Part shown: piece by piece, positions 41,981 through 51,992 of the stretch
How the letters are laid out: each line of letters starts with the position of its first letter
Position numbering within the stretch: position 1 is the stretch's first letter
Assembly: GCA_963817895.1 (NCBI GenBank)
Contig: CAWFQB010000005.1
Span: 192,001 to 256,000, forward strand
Source: an uncultured Chthonomonadaceae bacterium
GTDB taxonomy: Bacteria; Armatimonadota; Chthonomonadetes; Chthonomonadales; Chthonomonadaceae
Direction of reading: 5' to 3'
Length of the DNA stretch: 64,000 bases
Notes under the pieces: generated by a model
Databases searched by the model: none
Told to the model about the DNA's origin: nothing
Seen by the model: the letters and a program-made list of their open reading frames with translations, nothing else
Translations under genes and position numbers: made by a program

Positions 41981-43099
41981 ATGCCCGCACAACTGGAAGA
42001 GACGCTGGCGCGTCCGCGGGATCGGGGCCGAAGGCAAGGACTCTTGACGGACACGAATGGTATCGGTTCGCATCAAGCGTTGAGCCGCAACGAAGACCTG
42101 AACGATCCTGAAGCAATGGAAACTCTGATTGAAAAAATGGGAACGATGGAAGCCGCTCAGATGAGACGGGCGTCCGGCGTGTCGCCTGCGCTCAAAGATG
42201 AGGCGGAGCCGACGCCCGAAGAGCTGGAACCGGCTATAGAGCTGGAGGAAAGCACTCAGGCATGGCTGCGTCGCGCGGGCAAGGTTTCCCTGCTCACGCA
42301 TGAGCAGGAAATCGCCCTGGCGCGGGGCATCGAGATCGCTCGCGCCCGCAACAGGCCGCTGGACGAGCAGCGCGACAAAGAGACGCTGATACTGGCGAAC
42401 CTGCGCCTGGTGGCGTCCGTGGCCCGCCGCTATCTGGGACACGGGATGCCGATTGAAGACCTGATGCAGGAAGGCACGATTGGCCTGATGCGCGCGGTCG
42501 AGCGGTTCAACTACCGCAAGGGCTACCGGTTCAGCACGTATGCCATCTGGTGGATTCGCCGCGCCATCAGCCGCGCGATTGCGGATCAGGCGCGTTTGAT
42601 CCGCCTGCCCGTGCATGTCACGGACACGCTGGGACGCATCAACAAAACCCGCAGCGCTCTGCGGGAGCGCCTGGGACGGATGCCGACCCGCTCGGAACTG
42701 GCGACCGCCCTGTCCATGACCGAGGAAAAACTCAGCGACCTGATGCGCGGGGCGATTGAGCCGCTGTCGCTGGAAATGCCGATTGGCGAGGAGGGCGAAA
42801 GCCGCCTGGCCGACCTGATTCCGGCGAAAGACGAGCATAACCCGGTTGTGGAAGCCACAAAGGGCGCTCTGCGCGACGAACTGATGATCGCGCTGGACGA
42901 ACTGACGCCGCGTGAAAAGGACGTTATCATGCTGCGCTACGGCCTGGATGGCGACGAGCCGCGCACGCTGGAAGAGGTAGGCCGCGCCCTGGAAGTGACC
43001 CGCGAGCGCGTCCGGCAGATCGAAGTCTTCGGCGCTGGGCAAACTGCGCAAGCGGGGCCGCAACCGCCGTATGCGCGAACTCATGTCGTAGCGCTATAA
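41981..43099 (+). CDS. RpoD/SigA-family sigma-70 factor (probably alternative; frameshift in the last ~20 codons)
   Basis: [50 protein letters not shown]...TRERVRQIE. Confidence 0.9.
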   Translation: MPAQLEETLARPRDRGRRQGLLTDTNGIGSHQALSRNEDLNDPEAMETLIEKMGTMEAAQMRRASGVSPALKDEAEPTPEELEPAIELEESTQAWLRRAGKVSLLTHEQEIALARGIEIARARNRPLDEQRDKETLILANLRLVASVARRYLGHGMPIEDLMQEGTIGLMRAVERFNYRKGYRFSTYAIWWIRRAISRAIADQARLIRLPVHVTDTLGRINKTRSALRERLGRMPTRSELATALSMTEEKLSDLMRGAIEPLSLEMPIGEEGESRLADLIPAKDEHNPVVEATKGALRDELMIALDELTPREKDVIMLRYGLDGDEPRTLEEVGRALEVTRERVRQIEVFGAGQTAQAGPQPPYARTHVVAL

Positions 43100-43302
43100 A
43101 CAACATACCCATGCGGGTATACTAAATATACATATCTCAGACGCTCCCCTCCCGGCCTTGAGCCGGTGATGAGGCTGAGATGGGAGATGATTGTATTGAC
43201 CTCTACGTTTGCAAAAGCGTAGAGGTTATTTTTGTTCTTCTTGTCAGGTTGCTTAAGAGACAATAGTATAGCACATCGTTGCAAATCAAAAACAGGCGCA
43301 AG

Positions 43303-43340
43303 AAAGCGGGGTAACGTTCCATGGAACGTTACCCCGCTTT
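43303..43340. terminator. Perfect 38-bp palindrome between convergent genes (bidirectional terminator candidate)
   Basis: aaagcggggtaacgttcca|tggaacgttaccccgcttt. Confidence 0.6.
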
Positions 43341-43708
43341 AGTTCAAGAATCATCAATCACTTCTACAAAACCTGGGCAAAACCAAACTGGGAATGATAA
43401 CAGGAATGACAAAAGAAAAGAGCGAACATGAGAGACTGTTCAGGGCAAATCCGCATCCGCCGTTGCGGGCCTGGTCAATTCCGGGTTGACGCAGACATTC
43501 TGCCGCGAAAAATCTCCCTGCCAGTAAAGGCAACGCCCGCTCTTCTTTCTTGACAAGACCGGCCTGCTCGGAACGAGCCAATCTATAATAGAAAAGTCGG
43601 CAGGAAAGGGATAAATACACATCTCTGCCGATTTTTAACAAAAATTTCACATTGCTCGCGTAATGGATATACCGGGTGAAATCCTGTCCACGTTTGACGG
43701 AAATAGCA

Positions 43709-44935
43709 TCACAGTTCGAGGAAGGAGGCGTCGAAATCAATCAGGCCGCCATCCTTGCCGCCTAACAGATTAAGGTACTGCGAATTCCACGCGTTGAGAT
43801 TATGCGAGGATTCGATAATCGCGTTACGCGCGTCATCCGGCTTGAGGCCGGGGGAGCAGGAAAACAGCAGCGCGGCCTGCGCCGCTACAATCGGCGCGGC
43901 AAAGGATGTTCCCGACCAGGTGGCGTAGCGTCCGTCCCAATACGTGCTGGTGATGTTGACAGCGGGGGCGCATACGCTTACGCCTTTGCCGTAATTGGAA
44001 AATGACGCTTTCTGGTTGTTGCCGTCCACGCCCGCCACCGTCAGCACGTTGGGAGTTCCCGCCGGCATCAGCAGCGTGGTGGAATTGGCGTTGCCTGCGG
44101 CGGCAACAACCAGAGCGCCTTTTTTGCGCGCGTTGTCCAGAGCCGCTTGCAGCAGCGGACTATTCTGGTTAAATCCGAACGACAGGCTAATGACCTTTGC
44201 GCCTTTTGCCACCGCGTAATTGACGCCATCCACGACGTTTGCCAGCGTTCCCCGGCCATCGCTGTTGAGGACGCGCACGGGCAGCAGCGACGCTTTGGGC
44301 GCGAAACGGGCGATCAGGCCAGCAATCATGGTTCCATGCCCTACGCCCTCATCCACCAGCCCATTCCCATCCGAGTCCAGATTGTACGGGCGGTCATCCG
44401 TATCGCTGTTGGCGTCCACAAAATTCCATCCGGGCAGGGTTTGCGCCGCCAGAAAAGCGTGGCGCAGGGAGATTCCCGTGTCCAGAACAGCGACAATCAC
44501 GCCGCTTCCAGTAACGTATTGCGCCGAATAGTTGTAGTCGACCTGCCCGACGGCGTACTGACCCGTGTAGAAATTGAACCCGGCGCCGGCATCAAACACG
44601 GCAATCCACTGCGGACTGGTTCTGGCCTGAAGCTCGACGGCATACCCGATGTAATTGGCGGTGGCCGAAGCGACTCGCGTATCCGCGCTCATCGTCGCGG
44701 CCAGAGTTTTGGGATCGGTCTTCGTTTTGGATTTCAGCACGTAGGTATTGGGAGTGGCGGCAGCCTGCGCCACAACCCCGTAAGCAGTGGCAAACTGCTG
44801 AACATTGGCGTTCTGCTGTAGTTGAACCAGCACATCCCCCGTATCGTCCGCGTTTGCCCCGGACGCTGTACCCGCCAACCCACTCCCGATGAGGCCACAC
44901 AGCAACAGTAACAAGCGAAAGCGTTGTGCCTTCAT
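43709..44935 (-). CDS. Secreted subtilisin-like S8 serine peptidase
   Basis: Signal peptide; triad VAVLDTG / GHGTMIAG / SGTSFAAP; AAAGN oxyanion Asn. Confidence 0.93.
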   Translation of the reverse strand: MKAQRFRLLLLLCGLIGSGLAGTASGANADDTGDVLVQLQQNANVQQFATAYGVVAQAAATPNTYVLKSKTKTDPKTLAATMSADTRVASATANYIGYAVELQARTSPQWIAVFDAGAGFNFYTGQYAVGQVDYNYSAQYVTGSGVIVAVLDTGISLRHAFLAAQTLPGWNFVDANSDTDDRPYNLDSDGNGLVDEGVGHGTMIAGLIARFAPKASLLPVRVLNSDGRGTLANVVDGVNYAVAKGAKVISLSFGFNQNSPLLQAALDNARKKGALVVAAAGNANSTTLLMPAGTPNVLTVAGVDGNNQKASFSNYGKGVSVCAPAVNITSTYWDGRYATWSGTSFAAPIVAAQAALLFSCSPGLKPDDARNAIIESSHNLNAWNSQYLNLLGGKDGGLIDFDASFLEL

Positions 44936-45195
44936 AACTTCCCCTTTGGATCGGAACCCTTCCCTGCAATCGTAAGAAAGCGGCTTCCTGTATTGAACGT
45001 CCGGTTTTAGTATAACGGCTGCAACGGCAACGCGGTTGCGCCTAGATTACCGGTTTTATTAAAATCCAGCACCATTGCGAGTAACGCTATTCAAAGTGAC
45101 ATGTGACGCCATTTTATGCCAATTTGAAAACTAATTTAATCAGATAAACGGGCGGCCAATCTATAACCAGGGCCTACAAGACGACTGGCAGGACG

Positions 45196-48127
45196 CTAAC
45201 GCGCTCCAATCAGCGCGAACGATGCCCAGTAGTAGGGATGCGGGAATTGTTCGCGCAATTCCAACTGCGATTCTCGCAGCGCGGCGGCTTTGCCCATGCC
45301 CCCCGCCAGACGCGCATAAAAGGCGGGCATCAATTGCGCGGTTGTCGCGTCGTGCGCGGCCCACAGGCAGGCCAGCACGGAACGCGCCCCCGCCGCCAGA
45401 AATCCGCGCGCCAGGCCGTGCAGTTCGTCCCCGGCTGTGACCAGATTCATGCCCGTATCGCAGGCGGCAAGCGTGGCGAGATCGCACTCCAGACGGCGAT
45501 GATGCAAATCGTAAGCGATAAGCCAACCGTCCCACAGGCGCAGGCCGGAAAACAGGGGATTGTCCTGCCGAAACAGCGCGTGCGTGGCAAAATGCAGATA
45601 GCGGTACGTCCCGTCCTGGGGTACAGCCGCAAGCGTGGCGTCCGCCTCCTGTAAGACATTCAGGTTTGCGATCTGCCCCCGCAGGGCGTCCGCTTCCGCC
45701 CGCACCTGCGCAATCCCCTCATCGGAAATGCCAAGCAGCAGCGAGTCGGCAGCGGTCACATCCGGGCGCAGGCGGCAGTTGTGCCAGATCGCGCTGCTCG
45801 GCGCCTGCGTACACTCCCAATCGTCCAGCACATAGCGTTCGCCGTCGTACAGCGCGTGAAACGGAATCTCGTGCAGAATGCCATGCGGAATAATGGTCAG
45901 TCTGTTTTCCGCTCCGTCTTCTAATCTGTTTTCTAACAGGAGCGGGACAACCGGTTCCCACAGCAGTTCATGCAGGCGATTCAGCACTGCGCGCGCCGCG
46001 TCGCCCATCTGCGCCGCGAAACGCTCTGAGTACACGCGCGAACGCATTTTCGTCCATTGAAAATGCAGGCGCTGAAGCAATTCCCGTACTTCAGCAAGGG
46101 AAGCGAGGCTGCGAACCATCTGTATTCGGTCGCGGCTGATGATACACGCCAGCACTTCTTCTTTTAGAAGCATATACTCGACAATCTGTTCCCCGTTTAG
46201 CAGGGTTTGCAGGCCGTCCAGCGTGAGCAGGGTCGAAGTCATGGCGTGTTGGTGGCTGCCATTGCGCGATTGCAGCCGCCGCTGAACGCGCAAGAACTCC
46301 TGTTCCAGATGCCGGCTTTGGGACGTGGGCTGCGGGTGGCTTCCATGCAGGCGCGCGTCGTTTTCGCCGAACTGTTCCCGCGTGGCGTGGTTCCAGTTCA
46401 ATTGGGCGCGTAAATCTTCCAGTTGCTGCCATTGCGCCTGCTCATCCGGTTCCGGGGAATGGGGCAGTCGCGTGGCGGACATCTGTTCCAGCAGGGTGCG
46501 CGATTTAACGCGCTCGATCAGGTGAAAAGCCTCTTCCCGCGATTGGGCCGCGTCACTATCCAGAAGCAGTCCCAGCATTTCTTCATGCAACCGCATCTTA
46601 TCCTGAAAGAAATGGATGCGGAAATCCTCGCCGGGCATTAATTGGCGCAGGCGCTCGACCGCATCCGAGGCGCGGCGATAGCGCGTCAGGGCAACGCGGG
46701 GCTTTTTCGCGTTCATGGCGCTGCGGGCCAGCGCGGTTTCGATACGCCACTCCAGAGAGACCCACCCATTCTCCTGCGCTTCCAGCAGCAACTGCTGTAG
46801 GGTGCGCGTGGGGCGCTGCCCCTGCGCAACCCCGTGTTCGGCGCGCAACAGCCGCGCCTGCGCAATCCCCAACGGCAATTTGTGCCGCCGAAACGTCCGC
46901 AGCGAAGCGTTGAGTTGAGGGTGAAACAGGGATGAAGGATGAAGGATGAAGGATGAATCCTCTTCTGCTCGTATCTCGTATCTCGTATCTCGTATCTTCT
47001 CTCCCCCTCTTCCCTCTTCTGCGGCACGGTGAAGATGCTGGGCGCGGAGGAGTTGGATACGCGCCGCGCCGACGGCATTTTGTTCCCGACTTCAGGGACT
47101 GCTCGGCCTCATCGAGAATCTGGAAGGCTTCTTCGGGGCGGGATTGGGCAAACAGCGCGCCTGCCATTCCGACCTGACAGCGTGAAATTTCCAGCGTCAT
47201 CTTGTACTCGCGCAAAACGGGAAGGGCGCGTTCGTAAGCCGCCTGCGCTTCGGGGATCAGGTTCAATGCCAGGTACACATCGGCAATTTCGCGGTCGCAC
47301 TTGGCGAGGTCTTTAGGCTGCTGAAGCGTTTCAAAACGCTGCCGCGCTTTCTCAAAGGATTGCAGCGCGTCGGCGTAGCGGCCCGACATGAACAGCAAAA
47401 AGCCCGTGTTGCCGTCTATCCCCGCCACCAGTAAATCTATGCCGCCCGCTTCCAGAACCGGGCGGGCATCGGCGTACATTTGCAGGGCTTCCGGCACACG
47501 GTTGAGGTGCGTGAGCATGTTGCCGATATTCATTTTCAGGCGCGCGATTGACAGTTGAACCGAGGGCGCGGCGGTGTCGGCGGATTGAAAGTAATCCAGC
47601 GCGCGCTGCCAGCAATTCAGGGCTTCCTGATACGATTCGCGGTGAAAGTAGACGGCTCCGGCATTGGCGACGGCTTTGGCCGCGTCTTCGTTCGCGCCCA
47701 GGTCGCGCAGGCGTTTTTCCAGATCACGCGCCTGCCGCGTGGCTTCCGCATAGCGCCCCAGTTGCGCCAGCGCTTCAATCCCGGCGATGGGAATTTGCGC
47801 GGCAAGAAGCGCGTCTCCGGCTTTATTCGCCCACTCCACGCCCTCCGCAAAGCACTTCAGCGCGGATTCCAACTGTCCCTGCGCCCGCAGCGCAACGCCC
47901 CGCGCCCGTAATGCCCAGGCGCGCGGTCTGGCCGTGTTCAGATGTTCTGCCAGTTGCCAGGCGACTTCGGCGATACGCACGGCTTCCGCAGGGTTGCTCC
48001 CGGCCACTCCCCGCGCCCGTTCCGCCAACTGGAACACGTCCTCATCCGCAGCCGCTTCGCTTTGAAGCAGTGATTGTCGCTTCTCCGGGGAAGCGTCCAG
48101 CAGGCGTTGTTGAAGTTCGGTAGACAT
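45196..48127 (-). CDS. TPR-CHAT caspase-like protease (~975 aa; one apparent frameshift near 47092)
   Basis: N-terminal TPR helices; ERVKSRTLL, IIPHGILHEIPFHAL, LHFATHA (His), TLAACDTG (Cys), HPYYWASF. Confidence 0.9.
46930..46997 (-). repeat. Intragenic module (AGATACG)4-N12-(TTCATCC)4, copy 3
   Basis: In the CHAT-domain frame it reads [24 protein letters not shown]. Confidence 0.95.
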
Positions 48128-48131
48128 AGTT

Positions 48132-48208
48132 TAGGTTTCAGGTTTCAGGTGTCAGGTTTCAGGTTTCAAGAGATGCTCTGCTTAACAAGCGCATTATCCT
48201 GACACCTG
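48132..48208. repeat. (AGGTTTC/AGGTGTC)n heptamer array with short CCTGACACCTG partner
   Basis: Five units at 48132-48168; a related array lies at 27723-27761. Confidence 0.8.
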
Positions 48209-48211
48209 CAT

Positions 48212-48832
48212 TTAATCCGGCAGCTCGACTTCGGGCAAAACGATCTCACGGGATGGGCTGCGCAGGGTAAAGGTGTACACGCCGGGGCGGAGTTCCGGCA
48301 GACGAAATTCGTTCCACTCGTCCGTGTCTACGCTTGTCTGCGCCCCGACGCCGTTGACGGATACCTGCCAGTTGGTGTCCAGAGCGGCAGGGGCGGCGGT
48401 TTCGGAAAGCAACTGTCCGGCCACGCGCCATCCGCCCTGCATCTGGTGGCAGAGCAGGCCGATATGAATTCCTTCAGCCTCATACAGCAGTTCCAGGGAG
48501 GGGGGCGCAGGGGCGTAGGTTCGCGCCGGCGAGGGTACGGCGAAGGCGCGACTGTCGTAGGTCAGCACGGCGACGATACGCTCCAGAAGCGTCGGTACAG
48601 GGGGCGCGGCCTCCATGATGGCGAAGGCGCGTTGTCGTATCGCGTCGGGAACCGCCTCGCCCCGCCCCGCTTCCAGATGCGCCAGCATTCGCGTCCAGAC
48701 GGCCAATTCATTCGCGCAGGAGCGGCATCCGGTGGCAATATGGACGCGGACGCGCTCCGCCGCTTCGCCATTCGCCTGGCCCTCCACATAGTTGAGCAAT
48801 TCCTCGCTTGCGATGTGATCTTGTCTGCCCAT
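48212..48832 (-). CDS. Putative soluble zinc-finger anti-sigma factor with carboxypeptidase-regulatory-like C-terminal domain
   Basis: H..EELLNYVEG...HIATGCRSC (zf-HC2-like); no TM segment; TDEWNEFRLPELRPGVYTFTL. Confidence 0.75.
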   Translation of the reverse strand: MGRQDHIASEELLNYVEGQANGEAAERVRVHIATGCRSCANELAVWTRMLAHLEAGRGEAVPDAIRQRAFAIMEAAPPVPTLLERIVAVLTYDSRAFAVPSPARTYAPAPPSLELLYEAEGIHIGLLCHQMQGGWRVAGQLLSETAAPAALDTNWQVSVNGVGAQTSVDTDEWNEFRLPELRPGVYTFTLRSPSREIVLPEVELPD

Positions 48833-49043
48833 TGTAATCCTCGACAGCGTTCGCGCGTTCTCCCCGGCGTTGAGAGACGGACCGCCAATCACTGTTCATA
48901 AACGCAAATGCGCCCTTCGTAAAACGAAGCGCGAGAATGGAGCGGAAGTTTGCATAAAAATCTATCTTATTATATAACAGGCGCGGCGCATCCCTGAAAA
49001 TACGTGTGTTTCAAACTAATTTTGCCTGCTACAACCTAATCCC

Positions 49044-49604
49044 CTAAAACCCCTGCTGTTCCAGCAGTTTTCGCAATTTTTGCAGGCAGCGGGCGCGCAT
49101 CGGGCCAATCGCGCCCTCCGCCACATTCAAGCGTCGGGCAATGTCGGCATACGAGGGGGGCGGGTCGGTATGGTAGCGCATTTGAAGCAGGAGGCGGCAG
49201 CTTTCCCCCAGACTCTCCATCGCGCAGCGCACCATCTGCTCCTCTTCCAATCGTATCACGACCCCTTCCGGCAACACGGCATCCGACTGAATGGACAGGC
49301 TCTGTTCCTCGGTTTCATTGTCCGGCAGGGGTTCGTGGCCGCGCTGCTGCCGGTGCAGTCGCCACACTTCGCGTTTGGTAGTCAGAATCAGCCAACCCGT
49401 CACATGCTGCTCGTTGCGCAGCTTGTGCAGGTTGCGGTACAGGGCGAGGCACACGTTCTGGAAGACATCCGCCGAATCATCGGAGGACAGGCCGCCGTGT
49501 CGGGCGATTTTATAAATCAGCCGCTCGTAGCGCGTGACCAATTGTTCCCAGGCGTTGCGCTCACCGGCCAGACACCGCTCTAATAAGAAACTATCGGAAC
49601 GCAT
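49044..49604 (-). CDS. ECF sigma-70 factor
   Basis: AWEQLVTRY, DSADVFQ, GWL; sigma4 SYADIARRLNVAEGAIGPMRARCLQKLR. Confidence 0.9.
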   Translation of the reverse strand: MRSDSFLLERCLAGERNAWEQLVTRYERLIYKIARHGGLSSDDSADVFQNVCLALYRNLHKLRNEQHVTGWLILTTKREVWRLHRQQRGHEPLPDNETEEQSLSIQSDAVLPEGVVIRLEEEQMVRCAMESLGESCRLLLQMRYHTDPPPSYADIARRLNVAEGAIGPMRARCLQKLRKLLEQQGF

Positions 49605-50058
49605 CAGAGGCACATCCCGGGTTTCATACAGCCGCCTGCAAACGCGCGGGTATGCGGATAAAGTAGATTGAAATGCGCTAACTTCAAAGATGTGTTCAGC
49701 ATAAGTGGCCTGCGCGTGGAACGGTAGAAACAAGCAAAACAAGCGCGCGTAAAATGCGTTGAATGGAACATGCGCCTGTAATGTCTGCGAGGAGATTACC
49801 GATCTGGAATGATAAAGATAGTTCAAAGATCAACAGCCTGTCTCCTGCCTGTTATCCATTTGTGGGCAACAAACGGACTGAAAAAAGAGGGCTTTTGTTC
49901 TCTAACTATACCAGTTGTCAGCCGTGTTGTGTGTCTTGCCCGCCTTAACATTTTCTAAGGTTTAGCGGGGTATTCCAAAAGGCATAGGACAATGTTGCTC
50001 GAAAGAACCCCCGCCCTCTCCCCTGTGCCTGATAAGCGCGACTGGTACCGCCGCTAAT

Positions 50059-50105
50059 AGAAATATCCGCCTTAGCAGTTTGTTGCTGCGAAGGCGGATA
50101 TTTCT
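50059..50105 (-). terminator. Hairpin downstream of the DUF4276 gene
   Basis: agaaatatccgcctt...aaggcggatatttct. Confidence 0.6.
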
Positions 50106-50141
50106 TAAATATCATCCATTATGCGGCGCGTAGGGCTGAGA

Positions 50142-50753
50142 TTATAGCTCGGCGAGGAGCCGCGCTATGTCGCGCCAGAGTTTATCGAATGAGGGGCTTT
50201 GGCGCGCGGCGTTCAGGTCGAGTAGTCGTGTGAGGGCGGCTTGATCTACGGTTTCTTTGTAGGTTCGGCTGCCCTCCATGTGCTTGCGCAGCCACTCTTT
50301 CGCGCCTGTTATGCCTTCCGGGTCAGGCGGCGGTTCCAGCGTGGAAGCAAGTCCCTGCTGACCTCGCAACGATTGCGCGGCGGCAAGGAACCACGCCTCG
50401 AACTCTTTGTGAGCCAGAACAACTGCAATGGGCATATCGTTACGCGCTACGCGAGCGCGTAACAAGAGTTGCGGAGCCAGCGTTGCCGGACAGTCTGCGT
50501 CCGCGTCCATGAGTAGCAGGATCGCGCCCGACCCGTTGTTCTTTTCCGCAGCTGCTTCCACTGCGGTTTCTAATTCCTGAGATTTGACAATCTTATCACG
50601 AGACACGCGAATTGGCGGCTGTGGAATATGCAGCAGTAGTGTTGGTTCCAGCGCGGTTACGATGCGCCGGATCAAAATGGGAACCGCAACAGAGTCGCCC
50701 TGTCCCTCCACGATGCAGGAGATCTCACTCGTCTCATGCGGCGTTCTCATCAT
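50142..50753 (-). CDS. DUF4276 family TOPRIM-like protein
   Basis: IVEGQGD, LLMDADADC (DxD), EFEAWFLA, SPSFDKL. Confidence 0.8.
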   Translation of the reverse strand: MMRTPHETSEISCIVEGQGDSVAVPILIRRIVTALEPTLLLHIPQPPIRVSRDKIVKSQELETAVEAAAEKNNGSGAILLLMDADADCPATLAPQLLLRARVARNDMPIAVVLAHKEFEAWFLAAAQSLRGQQGLASTLEPPPDPEGITGAKEWLRKHMEGSRTYKETVDQAALTRLLDLNAARQSPSFDKLWRDIARLLAEL

Positions 50754-50763
50754 AAGTGGGCGT

Positions 50764-51950
50764 TTACGCGGGCGCGATCTGCTGCAAGGTGTTTGTATCA
50801 GGCGCAAATTGACTCATGCGCAGCATTTCCCCTGCAGTATACAGGTGACGGCGCAGGATGCGGCGGCTTGCGTTATCAATCGGCCCGACCTCCGTTACCC
50901 CCTGATTGGAAGCAACGGCAAGCAGGGCGTCGGGATCAATGCGCTTGTTGTCCAGAAGGTCCGCGCTGTGACTGGTAACTAATACCTGCCGCGTCAAACT
51001 CGCCTCTTCCAGCGCGTCCAGCAAAACAGCGACGGCGGCAGGGTGCAGGGCTGTTTCCGGCTCCTCAATGCCGACAAGGGATACAGGAAGGTTGTTGCCA
51101 TTGCCTGTCTGAAATAGAGCCACAAGTATGCCAAACGCGCGTAATGTGCCGTCTGACATGCTGGCTGCATGAAAAGTCAGGGGAGGTAATTCATCAGAGA
51201 ACTGCTGTATAAATGCCAGTGATTCCTTTGGCCCATAGTTTAACACGTATACTCCCCGAATTCCGGGTACGATGACCGCTAAATACTCTTCGATGCGTTG
51301 CACTGCGCTGGACGGCTGCATATTCATTCTTTGTAAGACACTGGTAATATTATCACCATCATGGGTCAATATATCCCCCCGTCCGGCGTCTGAGCATCAC
51401 GGATTTTCTCCGGGTTCAGGTTATAGAACGCCAACCCTGAAAGGGCATCGTACACAGGACGAAACGCAGATAGTCCCGACACGGCAACAAGATACAGGCG
51501 ATCCGAAGCTGCCAGGGGCGCAACTGTTTCGCTTGTTGTTACTTCACCCTCGGACACGCGAAAGTACGATTCCTTGCTGTCAACATTGTGGGGGCAAATG
51601 TGACACTCCTCCCGCAGTACGCTGGCGCGACCAAACCCGTTCTCTCCAATGGAAAAGGAGTAGCTTCCAGTGTCGCCCGTCGCCAGGCGGAACTCAAGGC
51701 GCGTGGAAAAATGCAGCGTTCCTTCCTGTGGAAAGTGGAACACTCTGTCAATGCCGCTGCGTTGGCGAGTGGCGTGATCTAGCGAGGTATTGAGCGCATC
51801 GGACACGAAGCGTAGGGCATCGAGAAAGTTGCTTTTGCCCGCGCCGTTTGGCCCGACCAGAAACATGAGCGGGCGCATCTGCACATCGCAATGTTTTATG
51901 CTCTTGTAGTTTTCCAGAACCACTCTGGTCAGGAACGTGGAGTCAGGCAT
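50764..51950 (-). CDS. AAA_21/SMC-like ABC ATPase (frameshift near 51370)
   Basis: LENYKSI, GPNGAGKSN, MSDGTLR, IEEPETALHP, TSHSADLL. Confidence 0.9.
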
Positions 51951-51992
51951 CAGATAACCTGTGTTTCTCGTCTGTGTCGTGCCTAATGAAGA

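Noticed and set aside
45196..48127. TPR-CHAT as part of a type III-E CRISPR (Craspase) locus
   Set aside because: No Cas7-11, Csx30/31 or array in the window; used only as a mechanistic analogy.
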